Of a DNA stretch of 64,000 bases, positions 1 to 9,100 are shown in pieces (position 1 is the first letter of the stretch; every line of letters begins with the position of its first letter). Location of the stretch: positions 192,001 to 256,000 of the forward strand of contig CAWFOU010000001.1 in the NCBI GenBank assembly GCA_963817525.1. The letters run 5' to 3'. The notes beneath the pieces were generated by a model that was not told the origin of the DNA, did no database searches, and saw only the letters and a program-made list of their open reading frames with translations. The translations under genes and the position numbers were made by a program. This stretch comes from an uncultured archaeon (GTDB lineage: Archaea; Thermoproteota; Nitrososphaeria; Nitrososphaerales; Gagatemarchaeaceae).

Positions 1-234
1 GGTCTCGCTGGGGTGCGAAGACTTGCCGTAGCCGACCATGTCCGGAATTATCACCCTGTACGAGTCAGCCAGGCTCAGGAAGCCCTCCCAGTCCCTCCAG
101 CTCGGGCGCTTCTCCTCCCCGTGCAGCATCACTATCGCCGGTCCCGTCCCCACCGACGCCACGTTCACCTTGTACTCGCCGACTTCGACGGTCTTCTCCT
201 CGACGCTGATTGCGACTCCCTTCCCCGCGCTCAT
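1..234 (-). CDS. alpha/beta hydrolase, N-terminal part (runs off window)
   Basis: Own translation from ATG at 234: MSAGKGVAISVEEKTVEVGEYKVNVASVGTGPAIVMLHGEE...YRVIIPDMVGYGKS. Has the GPAIVMLHG and PDxxGYGxS motifs. Not in the ORF track. Confidence 0.85.
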   Translation of the reverse strand, partial: MSAGKGVAISVEEKTVEVGEYKVNVASVGTGPAIVMLHGEEKRPSWRDWEGFLSLADSYRVIIPDMVGYGKSSHPSET

Positions 235-355
235 CGTTCCGACTCTGATTTTCCCTATGCTTTATTCGCTTCGACCGTGAAAACGCCGCGAATCCCGCCC
301 GAAAATTTGAGTTTCACACCGTTAATATACACCCGAACCGCGCTTTTGGGACATA

Positions 356-523
356 ATGCCCCAGGAGCCCATGAGTTTCTTCGGCTGGCTCATGACCTGC
401 TGCGTGAGCGACGAGCGCAGCCAGGCGTCCAAGGACCTTGCATCGGCGGCGGTCGTCGTAGCGTCCGGGATGGCGGCAAGCGCGCTGACCCTCTACTTCG
501 CCGGGCTCTATCACCTGATCTAG
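356..523 (+). CDS. small membrane protein, 55 aa
   Basis: MPQEPMSFFGWLMTCCVSDERSQASKDLASAAVVVASGMAASALTLYFAGLYHLI; TATA-like TTAATATA at 322-329; GC-rich third positions. Confidence 0.5.
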   Translation: MPQEPMSFFGWLMTCCVSDERSQASKDLASAAVVVASGMAASALTLYFAGLYHLI

Positions 524-627
524 TCGCCGGACGGCTTTCGTCTACGGAATTCGACCTCTGTGTCGAGAAATACTATTCTCCCCCCATTTACCGATTCTCC
601 GGCCCATCGTCTTCAGGTAATCGAATA

Positions 628-834
628 ATGGGTCGAAAACTCGTACTGTTCGGATTCTGGTTGGTCGGATACGCTCTGGGCTTCTTCGCCTGGCTCGTGA
701 GAGCGCCGGTCGTCACATGGGTCATGACCCTCGGGATCAGCTCTGATGTCGCTGGAGCAATGATCACGGGGCTCGCAAGCTCCATCGTGATGCTGGTCGG
801 CGTGATGCTCTGGAGCTTCCTGTCTAAGCAGTAG
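628..834 (+). CDS. small 2-TM membrane protein, 68 aa
   Basis: Hydrophobic C-terminal part of ORF 13..834, starting at ATG 628 (MGRKLVLFGFWLV...). Confidence 0.65.
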   Translation: MGRKLVLFGFWLVGYALGFFAWLVRAPVVTWVMTLGISSDVAGAMITGLASSIVMLVGVMLWSFLSKQ

Positions 835-1657
835 TCCCGCCTTCTCCTCCAGGAGAGGCCGGGCTGCCCGCCCCATCTTTTTCACCCTGGGGCTGCGGCT
901 GCCCTTGGTCCCCCACGAACTTTGGGGCCTCGCCTCTCTGGGCTAGCTCCTCTGCCTCCCGCTCTTCCAGGGCGGGGGCCTCCCTCCTCGCCTTCCTCCA
1001 GAACCTGAACTCGAGTGCGAACACCACAACGAACGGTATCCACGTGAGGAGGGCCAGCGCCTGGGTCTGCACCGGCCCCTGCTCGAACTGTATCTCGGTC
1101 ACCTCGAAGGTCGCTGCGACGATGAGGACACCGGCGATGAGGATGATGTTCACGAGAAGGAACCGGATCTCCCTCACGAACCTGCCCCAGCCCTTCCTAA
1201 AGCCGAGGAAGATGTAATACAGGAGGTAGACGCTCTCCGCCGCGGCGATGGCGTAGGCGGGTAGCTCCAGCCATGTGCTCGGGAGGAAGAAGAGGTTCCC
1301 CAGCGCGACGCCCACGGGCACGTCCTTCACGATGGCTATCACCTCTACTATGCGGGCGGTCTCGTAGAGCGAGAGGCCGAAGACGCCCAGACCGAAGAGC
1401 GGCACGAGCTCTACGCTCGCCACCCTGAAGTTGTTCGTGAATATGCTCGCCACCTGGCCGGCCGCCGACTGGTTCAGCACGGCCGAGGTGGTGTTGTACT
1501 GCCTCTCGTACGTCCCCAGCTCGGAGGGCAAGAAGCTCGAGTTGGAGACCAAGACTATCACGGCTATCTCGAGCGCGAAGAGCATTGCGATCAGCATCCA
1601 CCGCCTTCCGACTATGATCTTCAGCGTGTCGAGCATCGAGGTCAAGTCTGAGTCCAC
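824..1657 (-). CDS. SpoIIM-like (DUF95) membrane protein
   Basis: IFTNN, LPSTWLELPAY and AATFE motifs typical of the stage II sporulation protein M family; multiple TM segments. Confidence 0.75.
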   Translation of the reverse strand: MDSDLTSMLDTLKIIVGRRWMLIAMLFALEIAVIVLVSNSSFLPSELGTYERQYNTTSAVLNQSAAGQVASIFTNNFRVASVELVPLFGLGVFGLSLYETARIVEVIAIVKDVPVGVALGNLFFLPSTWLELPAYAIAAAESVYLLYYIFLGFRKGWGRFVREIRFLLVNIILIAGVLIVAATFEVTEIQFEQGPVQTQALALLTWIPFVVVFALEFRFWRKARREAPALEEREAEELAQRGEAPKFVGDQGQPQPQGEKDGAGSPASPGGEGGTTA

Positions 1658-1988
1658 CCCCTCGAGGCCGGGAGACCGAGGCGCCCGCGCGGCCGATTGA
1701 AAAGACGAGAAGCGCAGGTCTGGTTGGGATGCAAGGTCACACGCCCGAAGGTGCTCGCCCGAGGCCTTTGGTATAAGTTTACGCTAGAGGCCGTCTTCGC
1801 CCACCGCAGAGGCGCGAGTGAATTGGGTGGGAAAAGCCCCCCAAAGAGCCGGAAAGGATTGTTTCCCCCGCCAAATAGCCGTCCAAGGGAGAGTTTCACC
1901 CTTCTTTGGTTTTCAAACACTGTTTCCGGTAGATAAACCTTAAATAATAACTCGAGCGGGTCTTTTCGCATACCGGAGTTAATGAGCA

Positions 1989-3313
1989 ATGGCAGACAAA
2001 CCACACCTAAACCTGATAGTCACAGGTCACGTAGACCACGGAAAGAGCACCAGCATGGGTCACTTCCTCTTTGACCTAGGAGCGGTAGACGACAGGACCA
2101 TCCAGGAGTATGCGAAGGAGTCAGAGAAGACAGGAGCAGGCGACTCGTTCAAGTACGCTTGGGTCCTCGACCAGCTCAAGGACGAGAGGGAGAGAGGAGT
2201 CACGATAGACCTCGCGTTCCAAAAGTTCGAGACGCCGAGGTTCTTCTACACTCTGATCGACGCGCCAGGGCACCGCGACTTCATCAAGAACATGATCACG
2301 GGCGCCTCCGAGGCGGACGCCGCGGTACTGGTCGTCTCGGCCAAGACGGGCGAGAGGGAGACCGCTCTGGGGCCGGGGGACAGGCCAGAGAGCACGCGTT
2401 CCTCCTGAAGACCCTCGGCGTCAACCAACTGGTCGTCTGCATCAACAAGATGGACGACCAGACGGTGAAATATTCCGAGAAGATGTACAACGACGCCAAG
2501 CAGGACGTCGAGAACCTGCTAAAGGCCTCGGGATACAACGTCTCCAAGATCCGCTTCATCCCTACCTCTGGGTGGACTGGCGAGAACCTAGCCAAGCCGA
2601 GCACCAACATGCCCTGGTACAAGGGGCCGATCCTCCTCCAGGCGCTCGACGAGTTCACGGAGCCTCCAAAGCCGATCGAAAAGCCTCTCCGCGTCCCGAT
2701 CCAGGACGTCTACACCATCACGGGCGTGGGCACGGTCCCGGTGGGAAGGGTAGAGACCGGCCACATGAAGGTCGGCGACCCGGTCATAATCATGCCAGAG
2801 GGCCTCCCGGCGGAGATAAAGTCCATCGAGACCCACCACACCGCTATGCAAGAGGCGTTCGCGGGCGACAACATAGGGTTCAACCTGAGGGGCGTCTCCA
2901 AGACCGACTTCCACAGGGGCTCGGTCCTAGGGCCTCCGTCAAGCCCACCGACGATCGCCAAGGAGTTCCTCGCGCAGATCATCGTGGTCTTCCACCCGAC
3001 GGCCATCGCGGCGGGGTACACACCGGTGCTCCACGCGCACACCGCTCAGGTCGCGGCGACAATCACCGAGATAGTCGCGAAGATCGACCCGAGGACCGGT
3101 CAGGCGACGGAGGAGAAGCCCAAGACGATAAAGACAGGCGACTCTGCGATCGTGAAGATCACGCCGCTGAGGCCGCTCGTGCTCGAGACCTTCAAGGAAT
3201 TTCCTGAGCTCGGAAGATTTGCTTTGCGTGATATGGGTTCGACAGTTGCCGCAGGAATCGTTCGTGAAGTGACGGTCAAGGGCCAAGTAGAGAAGGCAGT
3301 CGCGAAGCAGTAG
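1989..3313 (+). CDS. tuf: translation elongation factor EF-1alpha, with a 1-nt frameshift at ~2369-2379
   Basis: [18 protein letters not shown] and DAPGHRDF lie in ORF 1989..2408; [23 protein letters not shown] and [10 protein letters not shown] lie in ORF 2159..3313. The frames join in the G-runs of CTGGGGCCGGGGGACAG. Confidence 0.97.
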
Positions 3314-3335
3314 ACCGCCGTTCTCTCCCACATTT

Positions 3336-3363
3336 CTCCGCTATTTTTCCAGTCCTAGCGGAG
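3336..3363 (+). terminator. stem-loop downstream of tuf
   Basis: CTCCGCTA-N12-TAGCGGAG, an 8-bp perfect stem with a T-rich loop, between convergent genes. Confidence 0.4.
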
Positions 3364-3403
3364 CTTATGTTTGATTTCATGACCAAGAAAAAAAGGGGAG
3401 TGG

Positions 3404-4762
3404 CTAGTGTTGCTTGTTTCGCATCAGGAGCTCGTATCTGTAGCCTTGAACGAGTTCGTTGAAGATGGGCAGTTCTGCGGCTTCTTTTGCTCTAACTGAG
3501 GTTCGAAGCGGCTGTCCGTACTCGATTCGCGTGTAAGCACTGGGTAGACCTAGGGTGTGCAAAAGCCGTTCGAAGAATTCAGCATTCGGCACGCTGACGA
3601 TTTCCACGACGTAGCTTTTCACCCTACCATCAGAGTCTGCCAATGCCTGAACGAAGCGTTTCCGGAAGTCGAACGGGGCGTCGAGAATCCAATCCATTCG
3701 TACGGGATTGTCGCTTGTGAGCTGAGTCCAATCTAGACCAAGACACACCGAAAACATCCATGCGAAGAGAGGAGATCTCTCTGACGTCCAACGGTAGGCA
3801 GCAGTAGGATTGTCGCTGAGTTTAGTATCACCTGTGGGTGGTTTGTCACGGACGCTTTTCATCTGGATGCCGAGGCTGTTGGTTGCTAGGCAAACAAATT
3901 TCCCAAACCTGTCGTTGCTGGAATGCTTCTTGCTGAGTTGTAGATCCAAGAGCATCGAAGAGAACCGATTTTGTTGCCCCCCAGATTTACCCAAGTCTCC
4001 GACCATCCTACCTAGAAGGTAGGCGAAAAGCTCGAGTTTCATCGAGTTTACTTGCGACTCATCGAGTGCAAACGCTTTGCCTAGTTCGTAGGCCTGCGGG
4101 AGAGGAGTGAGCCTGGTTACGGTCTTCTGGATGTCGCTGAAATCGCGTATTTGGATGGGAATCTGAATCCAACCTGTTTGGGTGTTGCCGCCTGAATCCA
4201 AGTGTAAGGCAAGTAATTTCTCGTGCGAAGTCGTGGGGTTTGAGAGTGCCGCATGTGCTGTCGCCACTAGGTATGGTCGGTCTGTGAACTCTCTCCATTG
4301 CTTTACCGTGGTTCTGTGGACTTGAAGCTGGCCTGCGATTTCTAGTACTCCCGTTCCTTGCTTGTGGAAGTCGATGAACCTGCAGAACTTTCTGAGCTGT
4401 TCGATACCTGATTCTGTCACAGTCAATCCCCAGACGCGTTCGTCTATGAATTTCAGGACATGGTCTGGTCCGTGGCTTAGAATCTCGGCTAGTTCGTTCG
4501 GAATCTTGAGAGGCAGTTGCTCCACCCTGTGCCTGCCTTGGTAGATCTCGACGCCTAGTCTGTGAAGCCGCTGGCTCACAAGCTTGGGATCGACCTGATC
4601 TGCCGCCGCGATCTCCAGGATTGGGCGACCACCTTCGAAGGATTCCTTCCATCGCTTTGCATCTTCCTCGCTCCAGCGCCTGTACCTGCGTCTCCCTGTG
4701 TCCCGTAAGTGAGGCCTACAGTCCACAGCACTGGCTTTCTTCCCGTCAGTGCCCGCCGGCAT
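3404..4762 (-). CDS. LAGLIDADG homing endonuclease with N-terminal HTH-like domains
   Basis: Two motifs, FAYLLGRMVGDLG and RFVQALADSDG, followed by FFERLLHTLGL; HTH-like LEIAAADQVDPKLVSQRL and LEIAGQLQVHRTTVKQW. No intein signature. Confidence 0.85.
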   Translation of the reverse strand: MPAGTDGKKASAVDCRPHLRDTGRRRYRRWSEEDAKRWKESFEGGRPILEIAAADQVDPKLVSQRLHRLGVEIYQGRHRVEQLPLKIPNELAEILSHGPDHVLKFIDERVWGLTVTESGIEQLRKFCRFIDFHKQGTGVLEIAGQLQVHRTTVKQWREFTDRPYLVATAHAALSNPTTSHEKLLALHLDSGGNTQTGWIQIPIQIRDFSDIQKTVTRLTPLPQAYELGKAFALDESQVNSMKLELFAYLLGRMVGDLGKSGGQQNRFSSMLLDLQLSKKHSSNDRFGKFVCLATNSLGIQMKSVRDKPPTGDTKLSDNPTAAYRWTSERSPLFAWMFSVCLGLDWTQLTSDNPVRMDWILDAPFDFRKRFVQALADSDGRVKSYVVEIVSVPNAEFFERLLHTLGLPSAYTRIEYGQPLRTSVRAKEAAELPIFNELVQGYRYELLMRNKQH

Positions 4763-4991
4763 TTGTCTCTCACTCTGAGTTCGTATTTCAGGGCCTATGT
4801 GGCTCCTGGGTTGTCTCCGTGGGGGTCGCGCGAGATGTTTCCTCCTACACCATTCTAGCCCTTCCTCCTCATCGGGTGCATGCGGTCGCGTTCCCAGCTT
4901 TGTCGCGCTCAGCCGCGGGCCGCCACCTCGCTGACTTCAATCACATCTGACTTTTGAACTCAGGTGTTTGTGCGCTCCGCTGGGGCTGGAT

Positions 4992-5339
4992 TCATTCGTC
5001 TTCGCTTTCTTCCTCGAACTCAATCTCCAGCTCCTCCAAGGTCACTTCGTCTCCAGAGATGCCCAAGTCAGCTAGTTCCTTCTCCGCTTGCTCCAGTGGG
5101 ATGGGTTTGGAAAACCAGAGGTCATAGAGGCCTCCTGAGCCCTCCCACCCACTCTTGACGAGCTTCCGAATAATCTTAGCGTCCCGACACAACCTCGTCT
5201 GAAGTTCCTCGCCCTTGCGCTCTATCTCACCTGCCATCTCTTCTGTCACATCGACACCCTCGATGTCAAGCTCCCAGTCCGGCTTCCCGAACAGCCAGAC
5301 TGTGACTTGGGTCTCCCTGCTACTTTCTACGACGCTCAT
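4992..5339 (-). CDS. acidic hypothetical protein, 115 aa
   Basis: Clean ORF with ATG start; TTAAAA TATA-like box ~25 nt upstream on the minus strand; Glu-rich tail. Confidence 0.7.
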   Translation of the reverse strand: MSVVESSRETQVTVWLFGKPDWELDIEGVDVTEEMAGEIERKGEELQTRLCRDAKIIRKLVKSGWEGSGGLYDLWFSKPIPLEQAEKELADLGISGDEVTLEELEIEFEEESEDE

Positions 5340-5381
5340 GCTCTAAAATTGCGGCCTTGCTTTTAATCGCCCACCCCTAGG

Positions 5382-5468
5382 TCACGAGTCGCGGGAGGAA
5401 TCGTCCGCGAAGTGACGGTCAAGGGCCAAGTCGAGAAGGCAGTCGCAAACCAGCAGACTGCCCGCTCT
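5382..5468 (+). repeat. displaced copy of the tuf 3' end (gene fragment)
   Basis: Encodes [25 protein letters not shown] versus tuf [24 protein letters not shown]. Confidence 0.92.
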
Positions 5469-5557
5469 GAACTTTTCACCCCCTCTGGGGCATTGCCGCC
5501 TCGCTGCGTAGGGCGAAGACGTATTACTCAGCCCTGTCCGTGGTCGCTTGATCTGCC

Positions 5558-5857
5558 TTGGCCGCCTCGCCTGCGCTCGTCTACGACGGGTTCGAGTTCA
5601 AGGAAAAGGAGACCCTGAAGCGATACGTCTCTCTCAAGCGGCGGCTGGGAATCTCAACGTTCATCAGCCTGGTCACGCTCGCCCCCGCATTGATCTTGCT
5701 CTTTCTCTCCTACGTCGAGCCCAAGACCACCTCTCCGTATCTCTATCTTGTGTTCCTCGCGGTCTCGATACCCTTCTCGGCGCTGAGCTTCATGTCCAAC
5801 TCCAAGATCACCGAGATAATCAACTCGAACGACGTAAGGCACGTGGGCTTTTCCTGA
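5558..5857 (+). CDS. 2-TM hypothetical membrane protein
   Basis: Host-like codon usage; two hydrophobic helices. Confidence 0.65.
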   Translation: MAASPALVYDGFEFKEKETLKRYVSLKRRLGISTFISLVTLAPALILLFLSYVEPKTTSPYLYLVFLAVSIPFSALSFMSNSKITEIINSNDVRHVGFS

Positions 5858-5894
5858 GAAGGTAGGCGCCCCGTGGCGCAAGTGGCGGGAGACC

Positions 5895-6074
5895 CTAGGG
5901 GCCTTCGAACCCGCAGTTGACGCACTTGTACTTGCGGGAGAACTTTCTGCAGAGCTCGTCTCGCCAGATGAGGACCTGGTGGCAGTTCGGACAGTTGAAC
6001 CTGACCGCCTTTGTGCCAGGGAGGATCGGCCGGTTGCAGGAGGTGCAGTGCGAGAGAGAGAATCCTTCTGGCAT
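5895..6074 (-). CDS. small zinc-finger protein (DUF1610 / HVO_2753-like), 59 aa
   Basis: Own translation: MPEGFSLSHCTSCNRPILPGTKAVRFNCPNCHQVLIWRDELCRKFSRKYKCVNCGFEGP, with the characteristic C-terminal CxxCGFEGP. Confidence 0.9.
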   Translation of the reverse strand: MPEGFSLSHCTSCNRPILPGTKAVRFNCPNCHQVLIWRDELCRKFSRKYKCVNCGFEGP

Positions 6075-6198
6075 CTTGTCAGACAGGCCGATTTTGCGCG
6101 ATTTATTAACCTAGAGCCTCGGCCGGTCACCCTTCAGACGCGGAGGCGCCGCCGCGCTTCACAAACCTTTAATTCCTTAGGACGGACTTCCGGCTCGA

Positions 6199-9100
6199 TT
6201 GCGCTTTTTCGCTTCCCCTGCCTCCTTCGCCGCGGCAATCGCCCTTCTGCTACTCACGCCCTCCTTCTTGGTCCTGAGCCCTGCCACGCTAGCGGCAACG
6301 CCGGGGCAGGGGCAGACCCCCCTGGCGCCGGTGCCGCCCTCCTCGTCCCCGAGCTCGGTCTCTAGCTACAAGACCGTCGGGGCGGCCGACCCGGCCATGT
6401 CTGTGCTGGTATCCGTAGCTATCCCGCTGAGGAACCTCCCGCTGCTCAGCTCGCTGGTGAGGCAGTCGTCCGACCCGAGCTCCCCCGAGTTCAGGCACTT
6501 CCTCACTTATGCGGAGGTCAGCCAGGAGTTCCTGCCCACGCAGGCGCAATATCAGTCCGTGGTCAGCTACCTGACCTCCAGGGGGTTCGACATCCAGTCC
6601 TCGTCGCTCAACTCGATGATCGTCGCCCGGGGCACGGTCGCCCAGGTCAACGAATACCTCGGGCAGGGAGTGCAGCTCTACACCAACGGGACCTACTCCT
6701 ACTACCAGACAACCGGGCCTTCGAGCCTCCCCGGGGCGTACTCCTTCGCCTCCAACTCCACCGCCTTGCTCGCGCGCCCCGACATCATGATGTCGGGGTC
6801 TGCGGCGTCCGGCCTCATCCCGAGCGGCAACGTGACCTTCACGGAGGGTGGGCAGGACACCAAGCTCCTAAGGACGGTCTACAACTCGACAGGCCTGCTC
6901 TCTCACGGCATCAACGGGACGGGCTACACCATCGGGCTATTGGATTTCTACGGGAACCCGGGAGTCGCCCAGGACCTAGCGCTCTATGACTCGACGTACG
7001 GCTACCCCGCGCCTCCGAGCTTCTCGATATCTCCGATCGGGCCGTACAACCCCAACCTAGGGGCCGCGGAGGGTTGGGACGGTGAGATCGACCTCGACGT
7101 CCAGGTCTCGCACGCGATGGCGCCGGGGGCGAGCATCATCCTCTACCCGGCCAACGGCGCGCTTCCCCTCTCCACGGCGGTCGCTGCGATAGTCGCGGAC
7201 GGGAAGGCCAACGTGGTCTCCCAGAGCTTCGGGCTCCCCGAATGGGAATACTACGAGGCAGGGCCGGAGGGCTACCTCTTCAACTCGGTCTTCACGGACG
7301 ACTATTACATGCTAGGCTCCGCGATGGGAATGACCTTCCTGGCCTCCTCAGGAGACGGAGGCGGGAGCGGCTTCAGCGCCGGCCCTGAGGGCGGGGCGGA
7401 ATACCCGAGCTCATCGCCATACGTGACGGCCCTCGGCGGGACTGACACCTACGTCTCGGCCACCGCGAGCGGCGGGTTGAGCATCAACCAGACCGCGTGG
7501 TCCAACATCGGCTTCGTCCCCTACTTTGAGAACGAAGGCGGAGGCGGAGGCGGCGTCAGCATAATCGAGCCCACCCCCTGGTACCAGTCCTCGCTCCAGG
7601 TGCCCGCGTCGTTCCCTGACGGGAGGATGGTCCCCGACCTCTCGCTCGACGCGAGCGGCGAGCCAGGGACCTTCATCATCTACGAGGGCGTCCCCACCGC
7701 CGTAGGCGGGACAAGCGAGGCGAGCCCCCTCTTCGCAGGGCTCCTCACGCTTTTGATGGGGACAGAGAAGGGGAGCCTCGGCCTGCTGAATCCGGCCGTA
7801 TACCAGATCGCCGGCAACTCGAGCACCTACCAAAAGGCCTTCACTCCCATAACCTTCGGCTACACCATCCCGTGGGTCTCGAAGCTCGGCTACAACCTGG
7901 CCACCGGCTGGGGCACCCCCAACATGGGCGAGCTGGCCAGCCTCTATGCTGCAGTCTCCCCGTCCTCCTCGACCTTGGACGTTGAAGTGTCGCTGCTCGA
8001 CCACGGGAACGCCAACTTCAGCGACTTCACGCCCGGTCAGGTCATCGACGTCCTGGCCAGCGTCACCACCCCGGCCGGGTCCACGGTGACCACGGGCACG
8101 TTCTCAGCAACGCTCCAGACCCTCGGCGGCACGTCCGCGCCCTTCTCGCTGACCTACAACAGCACCGTGCAGGGCTTCTCGGGGTCTATCCCGGTCGGGA
8201 ACCAGTCAGGTATCGCCGACATCGAAGTGGCGGGGACGTCAGGGGGCTCGAGAGGCGAGTCCTTCGCATCGACTTTCGTTGGCTACCTGGCGAACTTCAT
8301 CCAGCCCCTCGCCCCGTACCCGTGGACATACCTGACGGGCCTAGAGACGGGCGTCTCGATCACGGACCTCTTCGGGGACAAGCCCGCCTTCAACTCGACT
8401 TCGGTGGCCTTCGAGAGCTACTCGATACTCTCAAACACCTACACGCCCTCCGCCTCCGCCGTCCTTCAATACTCCTCCAGCGACGGCTACTACGAGGGCC
8501 TGCTGAACGAGAGCCTTCCCAACGGCCCCACTGCGCTGATCGCGCAGGGATCCGTGGTGGGATACCTCCCGTTCGTGAGCGGGATAAGCCTCCTCGGCTC
8601 CGACATCTATCCCCAGGTGGTGGCACAGCCGGGGGTGGTCGCCCCTGGCCAGTCGCTCACGATCGTCGCGACGGCGACCGCTCCCGAGAACGTCTACGAC
8701 GTCGAATCCTTGGCGACCGACAGCACCCTTGGGGCGACCATCGCCGAGGGTGCGAACGTCACCGCCACCCTGGTGAGCCCGACCGGCGTGGACCTCGTGA
8801 ACGTCTCGCTCCCGCTGCAGTCCTGCGCCCAAGCTCTGAGAGTCTGCGGCGCCAGCCTTTCGCTCATCAACGGCTACTTGACGATACCCGCGAACGCCTC
8901 GCCAGGCCTCTACACCGTCCTTCTCACCGCCAACTACAACGACGAGACCACGAGCTTCGACTACGGCGGGAGCTATTTCGGGCAGGTCTACGTGGCTCCC
9001 GGTGACTCGGCCCCCAAGATCACCGTGTCGCCGTCGACCCTCTTCGAGGGAGAGAACGCCACCATCACGGCCAGCATCGTCGCCCCCGACGGGTTGCAGG

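Larger units (their letters stand above)
3197..5468. mobile_element. tuf-associated homing endonuclease cassette bounded by a duplicated tuf 3' end
   Basis: Direct repeat 3253-3310 / 5396-5453 (53/58 nt), visibly lower-GC interior, LAGLIDADG ORF, and recoded tuf codons from 3197. Confidence 0.8.

Noticed and set aside
1845-1930. Imperfect inverted repeat upstream of the tuf promoter (CCGGAAA.../...TTTCCGG)
   Set aside because: Short and imperfect; no function can be supported.
3404-4762. LAGLIDADG as part of an intein or intron
   Set aside because: It is antisense to tuf and outside its frame, with no intein termini and no host exon on its strand.
4830-4880. Hammerhead-like CCGATGAG...GAAAC on the minus strand
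   Set aside because: The core should be CUGAnGA, and I could not build the flanking stems.
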